A stretch of 64,000 nt of DNA, from the NCBI GenBank assembly GCA_964613035.1, contig CAZTFQ010000004.1:32818-96817 (forward strand), in the 5' to 3' direction. A program made the translations under genes and the position numbers. The DNA comes from an uncultured Christensenellaceae bacterium. GTDB taxonomy: Bacteria > Bacillota > Clostridia > Christensenellales > DTU072. Below are positions 35,715 to 46,843 of the stretch, piece after piece. The notes beneath the pieces are model-generated. The model worked only from the letters and a program-made list of their open reading frames with translations. It ran no database searches and was not told the DNA's origin. Numbering within the stretch: position 1 is the stretch's first letter; each line of letters opens with the position of its first letter.

Positions 35715-37037
35715 CTAAATTATATATTTTTTCAAGTTTTTATTTCTCAACAGCTTTTCGAGGTTCTTTTCTACGAAACCTTCGTCGATATCCACGTCGA
35801 CCATGTCGTGACCGCCGCACGCGTTAAAACTGATATCCTCGAGAAGACTCTCCATAACCGCATGCAGACGTCTCGCGCCGATATTTTCTTTGTTTTCGTT
35901 TTCCGAATAAGCCACGTTGGCAATTTTTCGCAACGCGCCTTCGGAAAACTTGAGGTTGATTTTATCTACAGCAAGCATATGTTGATATTGCTTAATAATC
36001 GCGTTGTCGGGTTCTGTCAATATCTTAACGAAATCTTCTTCTGTAAGGCTGTCCAATTCCACGAGCACGGGAAAACGTCCTTGCAACTCGGGAATTAAAT
36101 CGGATACTTTCGAAACGTGAAAAGCTCCCGCCGCTATGAATAAGATAAAATCGGTCTTGACGTTGCCGTACTTGGTATTGACGGTACATCCTTCTACGAT
36201 AGGCAAAATATCTCTCTGTACACCTTCTCTGGAGACGTCGGGACCGCCGTGAGAGTTGCCGCTGCCGGCGATTTTATCCATTTCGTCTATAAAAATGATG
36301 CCTTCTTGCTCGGCGCGCTTGAGTGCCTCTTGATTGATAGAATCGTTATCGACCAACTTCTCGGCTTCTTCGTTAAAGAATAATTTATAAGCCTCTCCTA
36401 CGGTCGTTTTTTTCTTTTTTCTGCTCTTGGGTAAAATAGAACCCAATATCTCGCCTATATTACCTTGATCGGCACCCATTCCCATCGGACCGAATTGAAT
36501 TGTCTTGGGCTGCTCCACAACTTCCATTTCAAGAGTAATTTTATCCAGATTGCCGTTTCTCAAATCTCGAAGCAATTCTTCTTGAAGTTCTGCTTTAGGC
36601 GTATCGGGATTGGCTTTTTGTCTTATCGGCAACAAAATATCCACTATCCTTTTTTCGGCTTGTGCTTTTGCCTTAGGTTCTACTTCTGATATTTTTTCTT
36701 CCTTTACGAGACGTATCGATGCTTCTACCAGATCTCTTATCATCGATTCCACGTCTCTTCCTACGTATCCGACCTCGGTAAATTTAGTCGCCTCTACTTT
36801 AACGAACGGCGCCTTGACCAGTCGTGCGAGTCTTCTTGCTATCTCGGTCTTACCTACGCCCGTAGGTCCTTTCATAATAATATTTTTAGGAGTAATTTCG
36901 TCTCTGATTTCGGGGGCAAGTTGCATTCTTCTGTAGCGATTACGCAACGCCACCGCTACCATTTTTTTCGCCGTGTCCTGTCCTATGATATATCTGTCGA
37001 GTTCTAATACTATTTGTTTGGGTGTCAACAATTCCAT
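35715..37037 (-). CDS. hslU: ATP-dependent protease ATPase subunit
   Basis: [54 protein letters not shown]. Confidence 0.98.
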   Translation of the reverse strand: MELLTPKQIVLELDRYIIGQDTAKKMVAVALRNRYRRMQLAPEIRDEITPKNIIMKGPTGVGKTEIARRLARLVKAPFVKVEATKFTEVGYVGRDVESMIRDLVEASIRLVKEEKISEVEPKAKAQAEKRIVDILLPIRQKANPDTPKAELQEELLRDLRNGNLDKITLEMEVVEQPKTIQFGPMGMGADQGNIGEILGSILPKSRKKKKTTVGEAYKLFFNEEAEKLVDNDSINQEALKRAEQEGIIFIDEMDKIAGSGNSHGGPDVSREGVQRDILPIVEGCTVNTKYGNVKTDFILFIAAGAFHVSKVSDLIPELQGRFPVLVELDSLTEEDFVKILTEPDNAIIKQYQHMLAVDKINLKFSEGALRKIANVAYSENENKENIGARRLHAVMESLLEDISFNACGGHDMVDVDIDEGFVEKNLEKLLRNKNLKKYII

Positions 37038-37049
37038 ATTATGCCTCCT

Positions 37050-37580
37050 TTATACTGTCTCTACTCTGATGTTATGATTGGTAAATATGCAAATATCGGC
37101 AGCGATATTCATCGCTCTAACCGCTATTTCTTCCGCACTTAAATCCGTATTGGCTACCAGCGCTCTCGCCGCTGCCAGGGCATAATTACCGCCGCTGCCT
37201 ATAGCGCACACTCCTTCTTCCGGATCGACGACGTTGCCACCGCCGTCTATAATCAGAAGATTATCTTTATCCGCAACTATAAGCATAGCCTCTAGGCTCT
37301 TGGATACGTTACCCCTACGCCAGCTTTCGGCCAATTCTACGGCGCTTCTCATTAAATTGCCGCTGTACTTTTGAAGCATCTCTTCAAACCTTTCGGACAG
37401 GCTGAACGCATCGCTGACCGTACCGGCGAATCCGACCACGACTCTGTCGTCGTAGATCCTTTTAACTTTTTTCGCGTTACCTTTTAAGACTATGCTTTGT
37501 CCCATCGTAACCTGACCGTCGCCGGCTATCGCGGTGACACCGTTTCTTTTAACTGCGCAAATGGTCGTTCCTTCTAACAT
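37050..37580 (-). CDS. hslV: ATP-dependent protease peptidase subunit
   Basis: [25 protein letters not shown]. Confidence 0.97.
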   Translation of the reverse strand: MLEGTTICAVKRNGVTAIAGDGQVTMGQSIVLKGNAKKVKRIYDDRVVVGFAGTVSDAFSLSERFEEMLQKYSGNLMRSAVELAESWRRGNVSKSLEAMLIVADKDNLLIIDGGGNVVDPEEGVCAIGSGGNYALAAARALVANTDLSAEEIAVRAMNIAADICIFTNHNIRVETV

Positions 37581-37591
37581 AATTATCTCCT

Positions 37592-38881
37592 TTATAACTC
37601 AAACAATTTTATGTTATCAAGCGCTATGGACGCTTTCCTTAACTTTCTTTCTCTCTTATCTCTCACATCGTTCTCTAACGGCGGAAGTAATTCAAAAGAG
37701 ACGTGCATCGGGGCGAAACTTTTATTCGGAACAGTCAAATATCTCATCAGACTTCCCGAGACCGTATATTCGTTGGGTATACTTATTTCTTTTCCCTCGA
37801 GACTTCTCGCCATATTAATTCCGGCTAAGAGTCCGCTTAGAGTACTTTCCATATATCCTTCGACTCCGGACAGCTGTCCTGCGACGAAAATTCTCCCTGA
37901 ATTTTTTACTTTCAAGCCGTATTCCAAACAATTGGGAGCGTTGAGATAAGTATTACGATGCATCCTTCCGTATCTGACGAATTCCGCATTTTCCAGTGCC
38001 GGAATCAGACCGAAAACTCTTCTTTGTTCGCATTCTCTGAGATTGGTCTGAAACCCGACGATATTGACGAGCGTTCCGTTGGCATTTTCTTGTCTCAACT
38101 GTACGACCGCATAAGCACGTTTTCCCGTCCGAGGATCGTTAAGTCCTACAGGACGAAGCGGACCGAAACGGAGGCTGTCTTCTCCTCTCTTCGCCATTAC
38201 TTCTACGGGCATACACCCTTCGAACACTTCTTTTTTATCAACGTCGTGCACGTCGTGCAATTCGGCATTGACGAGCTCTGTCCAAAAACGTTTGTATTCC
38301 TCTTCGCTCAAAGGACAGTTAAGATAATCGTCGTCGCCCTTACCGTACCTGGCTCCGTAAAACGCTTTGGATTTATCTACCGATTCCAGAGTCAATATCG
38401 GTGCAACCGCGTCGAAAAAGCCTAAGTATTCGTTCCCGACTTTTTCTTGTAGCGATAAAGCAAGTCTATCGGACGTCAGCGGTCCCGAAGCTATGATCGT
38501 GTCTTCTTCTATATCAACGACTTCCTCTCGGACTATTTCCAGGTTCTTATAAGACAACAGTTCCTTTTCGACCTCGTCGGCAAATATGTCCCGATCTACG
38601 GCAAGCGCCGCTCCTGCGGGGACCGCCGCTCTCTTGGCACACTTAAGTATGAGACTGTCCATATACTCGAGTTCGCCTTTTAACACGCCTTGCGCCGACG
38701 TCAATACGGTACTTTTAAGACTATTGCTACATACCAGCTCTGCCAATCTGCCGGTATTATGCGCGGGGGTCGATTTAATCGGTCTCATTTCGTACAGACG
38801 TACGCCGTATCCTCTCTTTAACAACTGATACGCCGCTTCCGAGCCCGCTAAACCTCCGCCGATAATTTTAATCGTTTTCAT
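37592..38881 (-). CDS. trmFO: Folate/FAD-dependent tRNA m5U54 methyltransferase
   Basis: [43 protein letters not shown]. Confidence 0.96.
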   Translation of the reverse strand: MKTIKIIGGGLAGSEAAYQLLKRGYGVRLYEMRPIKSTPAHNTGRLAELVCSNSLKSTVLTSAQGVLKGELEYMDSLILKCAKRAAVPAGAALAVDRDIFADEVEKELLSYKNLEIVREEVVDIEEDTIIASGPLTSDRLALSLQEKVGNEYLGFFDAVAPILTLESVDKSKAFYGARYGKGDDDYLNCPLSEEEYKRFWTELVNAELHDVHDVDKKEVFEGCMPVEVMAKRGEDSLRFGPLRPVGLNDPRTGKRAYAVVQLRQENANGTLVNIVGFQTNLRECEQRRVFGLIPALENAEFVRYGRMHRNTYLNAPNCLEYGLKVKNSGRIFVAGQLSGVEGYMESTLSGLLAGINMARSLEGKEISIPNEYTVSGSLMRYLTVPNKSFAPMHVSFELLPPLENDVRDKRERKLRKASIALDNIKLFEL

Positions 38882-40982
38882 CGCGCTTGACTTCTTCGAC
38901 TTTTTCCTGTCTATGGTTGCATTCTTTGTTGGTGCAAATATATTCCGTCTTGTCTTTTTTCACGACGACTCTCATCGTACTGCCGCAATCGGGGCAGTAA
39001 AACGGAGCGGGAACTTCCCACGACATAAATTTACAAGTCGGATAATTGGAGCAACCGTAAAATATTTTACCGCCCTTTGTCCGTCTTTTTATCACGTCTC
39101 CGCCGCAATCGGGGCATTTCCCAACGACCTCGTTTTCCATATTGACGATATTTTTACAATTGGGATAATTGGAACAACCGTAGAATTTACCGAATTTTCC
39201 TTCTCTTAAAATCATCGGCGCACCGCATTTATCACAGATAAGTCCAGTTTCTTCGTGCTCAAGTTTAACCTTTTTACCGTCAATCATCGCTTCTTTGCAA
39301 TGTTTTTCAAGGGACGGATAAAACGAAGCGACCAAATCTTGCCATTCGGTTTTTCCCTCTTCTATCGTATCCAACTGAGACTCCATGGACGCCGTAAATT
39401 TGGTATCGACGATATGATTAAAATACTTGGTCATAAAATCCGTCACAGCCTCGCCCAAAGGGGTCGCCTTGATGGCTTTTTGCTCTTTTGCCGTATATTC
39501 TCTCTTAGCCAACACCGAAATAACGCTGGCGTAAGTAGAAGGACGACCTATACCGTTTTCTTCCATCGCCTTAACCAAGCTGGCGTCCGTATAGCGAGAC
39601 GGAGCTTTGGTCATCTTTTTTTCTATTTTTGACGACGATAATCTGAGAGTATCGCCTTCTTCCAACTCGGGGAGCTTTTGGGAATCTTCTTTTTCGTCGT
39701 TTTCTTCTACGATTTCGTACACGCTGGTATATCCGGCGAATTTCTTCGTCTTTCCGGTCAACTGGAAGCCTAACGAACCTTTTTCGGAGACTCCTGAAAT
39801 GTGAACGTTGAGCGTATTATATACGGCGTCGGTCATTTGACTCGCCAAAAATCTTTCATAAATCAACTTGTACAGACGATATTGATTGCGATTGATTTTA
39901 TCTTTAAGACTGTCGGGGGTCCTGTCTAAAGTTATAGGACGAATTGCTTCGTGCGCGTCCTGAACGTTGGCATTTTTCGTTTTATAAACGTTGGGCTTGG
40001 CGGGAGCATACTTTTCGCCGAATTGAGCCTTAATATAATTGATAGCCGCATATTGACTCTCGGGAGACAGTCTTACGGAGTCTGTACGGATATATGTGAC
40101 AAGCGCAACGTGTCCTTCACCCGGAACGTCAATACCCTCGTATAATTGCTGAGCGACTTGCATTACCTGCGGTGCGGTCAGTCCCAACTTATAAGAACCG
40201 TCCTGCTGAAGAGTAGACGTCGTGAAAGGAGGTTGCGGGTGTATTTTTCTCGTGCCCTTAGTTACCTTATCTACGGTATAAGAGCATATTTCCATTTCCT
40301 TGGCAACGTTTTTAGCAGAATTTTCGTTGTTAACTTTTATCTTTTTACCATTCCAGTCCACGAATTGAGCGCGGAAAGTAATATCCGATCCCTTTTTTAC
40401 GAAATAACCGTATATATTCCAATATTCTTCCGGAACAAACGCTCTTATTTCTCTTTCTCTATCTACTATCATCTTGAGAGCTGCGGACTGAACGCGTCCG
40501 GCTGACAATCCTCTTTTGATTTTTTTATTGAGTATAGGGCTGATTTTATAACCTACGAGACGATCAAGAACTCTTCTCGCCTGTTGAGAATCTACTAATT
40601 TAATATTAATCTCTCTGGGTTGCTCGAGAGCTTTCATTACGGCTTTTTGAGATATCTCGTTGAATTCTATTCTGTTTTTTTGTCCTTCTATTTCCAAAAC
40701 TTTGGCAAGGTGCCAAGAAATAGCTTCTCCTTCACGATCCGGGTCGGTCGCGAGATAGACTTCTTTCGCCGCATTGACGGCATTACGCATATTTTTTATA
40801 CTTTCTTTTTTGTCTTTATTGATTATATATTCTGGTTGAAAACCGTTTTCCACGTCGATGCCGAGACTCTTTTCGGGCAAATCGCAAATGTGTCCGCCGG
40901 AAGCGAGCACTTTATATTCATTGCCCAAATATTTTTGGATAGTCTTGGCTTTATTGGGTGATTCGATAATAATAAGCTTCAT
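38868..40982 (-). CDS. topA: DNA topoisomerase I
   Basis: ESPNKA, ATDPDREGEAI, SAGRVQS, TYIRTDS, GIGRPSTY, C-terminal zinc ribbons. Confidence 0.98.
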   Translation of the reverse strand: MKLIIIESPNKAKTIQKYLGNEYKVLASGGHICDLPEKSLGIDVENGFQPEYIINKDKKESIKNMRNAVNAAKEVYLATDPDREGEAISWHLAKVLEIEGQKNRIEFNEISQKAVMKALEQPREINIKLVDSQQARRVLDRLVGYKISPILNKKIKRGLSAGRVQSAALKMIVDREREIRAFVPEEYWNIYGYFVKKGSDITFRAQFVDWNGKKIKVNNENSAKNVAKEMEICSYTVDKVTKGTRKIHPQPPFTTSTLQQDGSYKLGLTAPQVMQVAQQLYEGIDVPGEGHVALVTYIRTDSVRLSPESQYAAINYIKAQFGEKYAPAKPNVYKTKNANVQDAHEAIRPITLDRTPDSLKDKINRNQYRLYKLIYERFLASQMTDAVYNTLNVHISGVSEKGSLGFQLTGKTKKFAGYTSVYEIVEENDEKEDSQKLPELEEGDTLRLSSSKIEKKMTKAPSRYTDASLVKAMEENGIGRPSTYASVISVLAKREYTAKEQKAIKATPLGEAVTDFMTKYFNHIVDTKFTASMESQLDTIEEGKTEWQDLVASFYPSLEKHCKEAMIDGKKVKLEHEETGLICDKCGAPMILREGKFGKFYGCSNYPNCKNIVNMENEVVGKCPDCGGDVIKRRTKGGKIFYGCSNYPTCKFMSWEVPAPFYCPDCGSTMRVVVKKDKTEYICTNKECNHRQEKVEEVKRDEND

Positions 40983-40983
40983 T

Positions 40984-42069
40984 TTATACTCCGTACATAT
41001 TATTAGGTAATTTTTTAATTAGTCCGAACAGTTCCATTTCGGTCAACAATGTCATTATATCCGTTATTGACAATTCCGATAACTCTACTATTTCTTCTAT
41101 ATGAGCGTCTCCTTGACGCAAGCGCGATAAAATCCTCTCTTGCTCGAAGTTAAGCTGTACGGACGTATCTTCGTCCGATTGACGTTTTGTAATCCCTAGC
41201 ACGCTCAAAATATCGTCGACGCAAGTCGTGCAAGCACCGGCAGCGTTCTTAATCAACTCGTTACAACCTTCGCCGTATTTTGAATTGATATTGGACGGTA
41301 CTGCGAATACGTCGCGTCCCGCCTCCAGTGCCAAATCAACGGTAATAAGCGATCCGCTCTTCTTGCCTGCTTCCGTCACTAAAGTACCCTTCGACATTCC
41401 TGCAATTATGCGGTTTCGTTCAGGAAACTGAAAATTGTTAGGTTTGGTTCCGAGAGGATACTCGCTGATTAACAGACCTCGAGAAGCTATTTCTTCATAC
41501 AGCGCACGATTCTCGGGCGGATATATTACGTCTATTCCCGAGCCTAGCACGGCTATCGTACTACCGCCGTTGGACAATGCCGCTTTGTGCGCGACTGTGT
41601 CTATTCCTCTGGCTAAACCGCTCACTATGGCAACATCGTACTTAACCAACTCGCCCGCAAGCTTCTCCGTAACGCACTGACCGTATCTGGTCATATTACG
41701 AGAGCCTACCACCGCTACGCAATTCTTTTTCAGAATACTTCTATCGCCTTTGAGATACATCATAACGGGCGAATCTGAAATTTGATTTAATAACATCGGA
41801 TAATCTTCATCCTTAATCGTTATTATATCGACGCCTTTGTTGTGACACTCCCTTTCCGTCCTGTTCAACAGGAACATATCACGCGAATTGTGAATTTTAT
41901 TATATAATTTTTCTCCGCCGATATCTATAATCTTACTTTTATAACATTCTAACGTCTCGAAAAAATTACTCATATCGAAATTATCGACTATCGCTTTAAT
42001 CGTTTTTCGATGCAATCCCTCGATACCTGAAAGCCATAATATATTTTTCGTTACCGAAGAAAAACTCAC
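40984..42069 (-). CDS. dprA: DNA-processing protein DprA
   Basis: VVGSR, VSGLARGID, FPERNRIIAG, SGSLIT. Confidence 0.96.
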   Translation of the reverse strand: MSFSSVTKNILWLSGIEGLHRKTIKAIVDNFDMSNFFETLECYKSKIIDIGGEKLYNKIHNSRDMFLLNRTERECHNKGVDIITIKDEDYPMLLNQISDSPVMMYLKGDRSILKKNCVAVVGSRNMTRYGQCVTEKLAGELVKYDVAIVSGLARGIDTVAHKAALSNGGSTIAVLGSGIDVIYPPENRALYEEIASRGLLISEYPLGTKPNNFQFPERNRIIAGMSKGTLVTEAGKKSGSLITVDLALEAGRDVFAVPSNINSKYGEGCNELIKNAAGACTTCVDDILSVLGITKRQSDEDTSVQLNFEQERILSRLRQGDAHIEEIVELSELSITDIMTLLTEMELFGLIKKLPNNMYGV

Positions 42070-43613
42070 AATACGTACTCCTTAACGTCAAACGTTCTGT
42101 ATTGTATAGCTTCCATCAAACTGGATTTGTCTATATTTTCTTTTCCTGCCAGATCCGCTATCGTGCGAGCAGTCTTAAGAATTCTGTTGGCACCCCTCGC
42201 AGAAAGATGAAGACGCTGATAGGCTCTTTCCAAAATCGTTTCGCACTCGGGATTTAAGGAACAATATTTTTCCATTAAAGTCGGTGTCATTTCCGAATTG
42301 ACGAATATACCGTCGTTTTCGAATCTCTTACGCTGAATATCTCTGGCTCTTTCCACACGCGCTCTGACCGATGCGCTCGTTTCGGATTTTTCTCCGCCTC
42401 TGAGATCTGCATATTCTACGTTATCCGAGGTTACGTGAAGATCGATTCTGTCCAATAACGGTCCGGAAAGTTTTGAGAGATAACTGCGTATTTCTCTTGC
42501 AGTGCAAGTGCATTGCGGTAAATCGGGATTGTAACTGTTGCCGCGGTTGCCGCAAGGGCACGGATTCATCGACGCTACCAACATAAAATGTGCCGGATAT
42601 TCTACGGTCTTAGCGACTCGCGATATCATTATCACTCTATCCTCCAGCGGCTGACGAAGACTCTCGAGCGTACGTCGGGGATATTCCGGCAACTCGTCTA
42701 AAAACAATACGCCGTTATGAGCCAAACTGACTTCTCCGGGGAGACTTTTCGTTCCTCCGCCGGTTATACTGAACATACTTGCGGAATGGTGCGGCGTCCT
42801 AAAAGGTCTCACGGTAACCATTCCGTCGTTTTTATCAAGAAGTCCCGCTATAGAATGTATTTTAGTTACTTCCACAGCTTCCTTGAAGGTCATTTTCGGC
42901 ATAATGGTTGGAATACATTTTGCAAGCATCGTTTTCCCAGCGCCGGGAGAACCCGATATAAGAATATTATGCGCTCCCGCAACGGCTATTTCAAGCGCTC
43001 TTTTTGCCGCTCTTTGTCCTTTTACGTCCGATAAATCTATTCCGTATCGTCCTATATCCTTGCCGCTCTCGTATATTGTATGTTCTACGGGCTTGAACTC
43101 TTTCACGCCCGACAGACAGGCACACAACTCGCTTATACTGGCTATAGGATATGCTTCTATACCTTCTATAAAGCTTGCTTCTTTCGCATTGTCCTTAGGA
43201 ATAATAAAGCGCGTATATCCTTCTTGCATCGCGGACAAAATCATCGGCATGACGCCGTTAATATGACGAATGCCTCCGTCGAGAGACAACTCTCCCAATA
43301 CTATGAAATCTTTTAGCGGCTCGTACGGCAACTGATCCGTAGCTGACAAAAATCCCAATGTCAACGCCAAATCCAAATGAGAGCCTTGTTTTTTCACGTC
43401 GGCAGGCGCTAAATTGATGGTAACTTTTGCACGCGTGAATTCCAGCGAGCTGTTTTTAATAGCCGCTCTCATCCTGTCTCGGGCTTCTTTTACGCCGTTG
43501 GAGGGAAGTCCTACGATATCGAATGCGGGTATTCCCCTGTTGATATCGACCTCTACGTCCACGACGTACCCGGTAATTCCGTCCAAAGCATAACTTTTTA
43601 TAACGGTCAGCAT
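42066..43613 (-). CDS. comM: ComM/YifB Mg-chelatase-like AAA+ helicase
   Basis: INLAPAD, GELSLDG, GSPGAGKT, RPFRTPHHS, GEVSLAHNGVLFLDE, MNPCPCG; AGGAG RBS supports ATG 43613. Confidence 0.93.
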   Translation of the reverse strand: MLTVIKSYALDGITGYVVDVEVDINRGIPAFDIVGLPSNGVKEARDRMRAAIKNSSLEFTRAKVTINLAPADVKKQGSHLDLALTLGFLSATDQLPYEPLKDFIVLGELSLDGGIRHINGVMPMILSAMQEGYTRFIIPKDNAKEASFIEGIEAYPIASISELCACLSGVKEFKPVEHTIYESGKDIGRYGIDLSDVKGQRAAKRALEIAVAGAHNILISGSPGAGKTMLAKCIPTIMPKMTFKEAVEVTKIHSIAGLLDKNDGMVTVRPFRTPHHSASMFSITGGGTKSLPGEVSLAHNGVLFLDELPEYPRRTLESLRQPLEDRVIMISRVAKTVEYPAHFMLVASMNPCPCGNRGNSYNPDLPQCTCTAREIRSYLSKLSGPLLDRIDLHVTSDNVEYADLRGGEKSETSASVRARVERARDIQRKRFENDGIFVNSEMTPTLMEKYCSLNPECETILERAYQRLHLSARGANRILKTARTIADLAGKENIDKSSLMEAIQYRTFDVKEYVL

Positions 43614-43705
43614 CGCATACTCCTTTGTGATATAATAGCACAGCACAAAACAAATTACCACTATATTTTTGATATTCTTTATTATAGTGTGTAAAAAATA
43701 GGTGT

Positions 43706-43738
43706 GAAAAAAGCGCCTTACGGCGCTTTTTCTTTTTT
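43706..43738. terminator. Intrinsic terminator after the membrane protein gene
   Basis: AAAAAGCGCC-TTAC-GGCGCTTTTT. Confidence 0.85.
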
Positions 43739-43751
43739 ACAATTATTCGAT

Positions 43752-45938
43752 TTAGTCTTGAGACGGAGTCTTGGAGAAAACCGTTTTAAAGAAGAAACCT
43801 ATTGCTGCAAAGAACTTACCTATTGCCGAAACGACCTTTCTTAGTCTCACGCTCCACAAAGTGAACCAAGACATTTTCAAGGGTGCAGCCATGACCGTTC
43901 TGTTCTCTATTGCGATATCGTAAGTAAGATATATCAGATAGAGAGCCAGAATCAACTCGAACGCACTGAACGTATACGCTACGCCGTCCGTATAACCGAA
44001 CGCAGGGGCGGTAGTACCGTATTCCACATAGGTATACACATATGCAACGTTGACAAACAGAATCGTCGCAAAAGCCGCCGCGGTGAAAATAATTCTCTTA
44101 TCCAGAGACACTACTCCGTACAGGAACAGAAGCGCCACTGCTATATATAGGAATTCCGCGTGCATACGCGCGCCAAAGGTATACAAAATAACCATATAGG
44201 CAGCTGCTATCAGAATAAGGTCGAGTCTGTTACTGCTCTTAAGATAAGTGATTATCGCAAGTACTACGGCAAAGGCAAAGAATATGATATCGATTACCAA
44301 AGACGCCGTGCTTATCGCGGTCATATTGTTACCCAGAAGAGCCTGGAAGTTAAACGCATTGACGGTATAATAATCTCCGCCGAGAATGGCATTGAAGTAC
44401 AATTCGAATCCCGAGAAGGTATTACCCAGTTCTTGCGCACCGAGAGATACCGTAAAAGGCAACGAGATTAAATAGAACGCAACGAATCCGCCTATCGTAG
44501 AAGCAATAATCGGAATGCGCAGAGATTTTTTCTTAATAAACTCTCTGACCGACCACATAACGATAATCGGAGCCAGCCATATTGCCCATACGCTGAACAT
44601 GCACGCCGCGAAATACGTCAAAACAACCAGGAAGTAGTTATGCTTGTGTAAAATCAGATAGAATGTGAGCACTATCAGCATAACGGTTATCGAGCTCCAT
44701 GACGTCAACACGGAAGAGAGAGCAAACGTAAGCGGCAGCAAACCGTATAAGGACGACGCAAGCACTGCGGAAATAACTCCGGTACGCTTATACATCGCAC
44801 GATAGATTATAGCTACCACAACGATATCCGCGATAATCGCAAAGAGTCTTATAAAGAACGTATTGGCGATTAAAATATCGTTGGCTTCGCTAAATGCCTT
44901 GCCGGGAAGTCCCGCAAGAGCCAACAAAAGCAATCTGAGCGGCTCGAACGAAGACGTAGAGTTGTACTTTAAGAACCACACCGTTCCGCCGCTGTTGACA
45001 AGAGAAGAAGCTTCGGAAGACATCTTAGCCGCGTCGTAGCCCATATTGATCGTAATGAAATTGGCGCTATTGAGAGACAATGCCAAAGTAGCGACCAGTC
45101 TTACTATCAATGCGGAGCCTATTGCTATAAGCATACCCAAGACGGGCTTTGCATCCAGTTTGGCAAGAGCCGAAGGCAAATTGTTTTTCTCGGCAAAATA
45201 TCTGACCAATACTACATATGCGGCATACATAAGAACCGCAACCAGCACCGCACCTACCACTACGTAAGCCACGTTGTCGGTCGTAGCGATATTATAGACG
45301 GTACTTTCAAGAAGTTTTATGTCGTTTTGTCCGCCTTCGTTGACGATGGTCTTATAGTCTACCTCGACGAGTTTAATATAGGTGAGAGTAACCTTTCCGC
45401 TGACGGGAGCGGTTTTTGCACCGAAGTTAATCGCTATGGTAGATTTATTAAGTCCGGAAGACTTGAAGTACAAATTGACGTCGCCGTTACCGATAGTACT
45501 TGCGATAACGGGGTTTTCGTCGAGTCCGCGGTTAAAGTTGTCCGCTTCGTCAAACGTTACGTAAATGCCGGCTATCTCATTATAATCGTCGCTCTTAGAA
45601 TACTCTGATATTGAATTAATCGTGTATTTATAAGAAAGCTTATAATACTTGCCGGATTTCAACTGAACGGTCTGATGCATCGAGGCATATCCGCTATCGG
45701 AAGTATCGATGACGAGTCTGTCGTTATCCAGCGAAAACGCCGTAGAAGACTTATTGGCTCCGGTATAAAGAGTCCAATTGTCGGACAGATTAACGTCATC
45801 GGATCCCGAAATAGCGTCGTACCCTTCGAACGTACCACCCGTTACAACGTCTTCTCCTTTTTTTACCGCGCCGTTACAGCCCGTTAAGCTGAAAACCAGC
45901 GCCAATACGAGAAGAAGTATAATCAGGGATTTTTTCAT
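43752..45938 (-). CDS. Lipoprotein-signal + CBM-like domain + GT-C-like polytopic membrane protein
   Basis: Lipobox LTGC; carbohydrate-binding-like domain (GGTFEG...QTVQLKSGKYYKLSY); more than 10 TM segments with TVNAFNF and RMH motifs resembling GT-C glycosyltransferases. Confidence 0.7.
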   Translation of the reverse strand: MKKSLIILLLVLALVFSLTGCNGAVKKGEDVVTGGTFEGYDAISGSDDVNLSDNWTLYTGANKSSTAFSLDNDRLVIDTSDSGYASMHQTVQLKSGKYYKLSYKYTINSISEYSKSDDYNEIAGIYVTFDEADNFNRGLDENPVIASTIGNGDVNLYFKSSGLNKSTIAINFGAKTAPVSGKVTLTYIKLVEVDYKTIVNEGGQNDIKLLESTVYNIATTDNVAYVVVGAVLVAVLMYAAYVVLVRYFAEKNNLPSALAKLDAKPVLGMLIAIGSALIVRLVATLALSLNSANFITINMGYDAAKMSSEASSLVNSGGTVWFLKYNSTSSFEPLRLLLLALAGLPGKAFSEANDILIANTFFIRLFAIIADIVVVAIIYRAMYKRTGVISAVLASSLYGLLPLTFALSSVLTSWSSITVMLIVLTFYLILHKHNYFLVVLTYFAACMFSVWAIWLAPIIVMWSVREFIKKKSLRIPIIASTIGGFVAFYLISLPFTVSLGAQELGNTFSGFELYFNAILGGDYYTVNAFNFQALLGNNMTAISTASLVIDIIFFAFAVVLAIITYLKSSNRLDLILIAAAYMVILYTFGARMHAEFLYIAVALLFLYGVVSLDKRIIFTAAAFATILFVNVAYVYTYVEYGTTAPAFGYTDGVAYTFSAFELILALYLIYLTYDIAIENRTVMAAPLKMSWFTLWSVRLRKVVSAIGKFFAAIGFFFKTVFSKTPSQD

Positions 45939-45955
45939 TGCTGTTACCTCTGTTC

Positions 45956-46303
45956 TTAGTAGCGATCGACTTGTTTAACCTTGGCAGCTTTGCCGGAACG
46001 ACCTCTGAGATAGTAGAGCTTAGCTCTTCTGACCTTACCTTGTCTAATGACGTCGATATGGTCGATTTTGGGAGAATGCATGGGGAACGTTCTTTCAACG
46101 CCTACGCCGTAAGAAATACGTCTGACGGTGAAAGTCTCTCTGATGCTTCCGTTTTTCTTAGCGATTACGGTGCCTTCAAAAGCCTGAAGACGCTCTTTGT
46201 TGCCTTCTTTAACTTTGACGAATACTTTAACGGTATCGCCGATGTTAAATGCGGGCAGATCGGTTCTTAAACCTTCTTGTTCCAGTTGATCGATGATGTT
46301 CAT
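45956..46303 (-). CDS. rplS: 50S ribosomal protein L19
   Basis: [44 protein letters not shown]. Confidence 0.99.
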   Translation of the reverse strand: MNIIDQLEQEGLRTDLPAFNIGDTVKVFVKVKEGNKERLQAFEGTVIAKKNGSIRETFTVRRISYGVGVERTFPMHSPKIDHIDVIRQGKVRRAKLYYLRGRSGKAAKVKQVDRY

Positions 46304-46331
46304 AGTGACTTACCTCCAATTACTTGTAACC

Positions 46332-46394
46332 GACATACATGCGGATTTGGGATTTAGCGTTACTTAAAAAATTTCAACGCGATCCGTATAGGTC
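46332..46394 (-). promoter_or_regulatory. Candidate structured rplS 5' leader
   Basis: Nested pairing on minus strand: GAC/GUC, AUACGGAU/AUCCGCAU, GCGUUG/UAACGC; lies between a TTGATT-17-TATTAT promoter and the GGAGG RBS. Confidence 0.45.
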
Positions 46395-46477
46395 TGCCGA
46401 AAGTCTTATATATAATAACAAAATAAATTTTTCTAATCAAGCGATTAATGTAACAAATTGCAAAAAAACAGATGAAA

Positions 46478-46843
46478 TTATTTTAACCATTTACCGTAAA
46501 AGGCATCCTCGTAATGCTCTATATCGTCACCGAGAATCGCAATTACGTCGTATCTTATATCTTTGTATGACAACGACTGCTTTTCTGACAAATATTTTCC
46601 GCTGGCAGCAACCATTCTTTTTCGCTTTTTATAATCGACCGAGTCCAGCGGATGTCCGAATTTATCGTCCTTACGAGCTTTAACCTCGACAAAAACCAGA
46701 GTTTCGCCGTCCATTGCAACTATATCGAGCTCGCCTACGGAACGATAGGAAACGTTCAAATCCAAAATGACATATTGTTTGGATTCCAAATAATTCTTAG
46801 CGACGACTTCGCCCTCGATTCCCCTCTTAACGTTTTCAATCAT
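46478..46843 (-). CDS. yraN: YraN family PD-(D/E)XK nuclease
   Basis: GELDIVA, LVFVEVKAR, RYDVIAI, HYEDAF. Confidence 0.93.
   Translation of the reverse strand: MIENVKRGIEGEVVAKNYLESKQYVILDLNVSYRSVGELDIVAMDGETLVFVEVKARKDDKFGHPLDSVDYKKRKRMVAASGKYLSEKQSLSYKDIRYDVIAILGDDIEHYEDAFYGKWLK

Noticed and set aside
35007-36098. 363-aa plus-strand ORF, and many other antisense ORFs in the track (e.g. 1778-2287, 7343-7885, 48409-49020, 50380-51021)
   Set aside because: They lie opposite well-supported conserved genes and show no recognisable motifs; treated as shadow ORFs
46339-46683. 114-aa plus-strand ORF over the rplS leader and yraN
   Set aside because: Antisense to yraN and the rplS promoter, no RBS, no recognisable motifs
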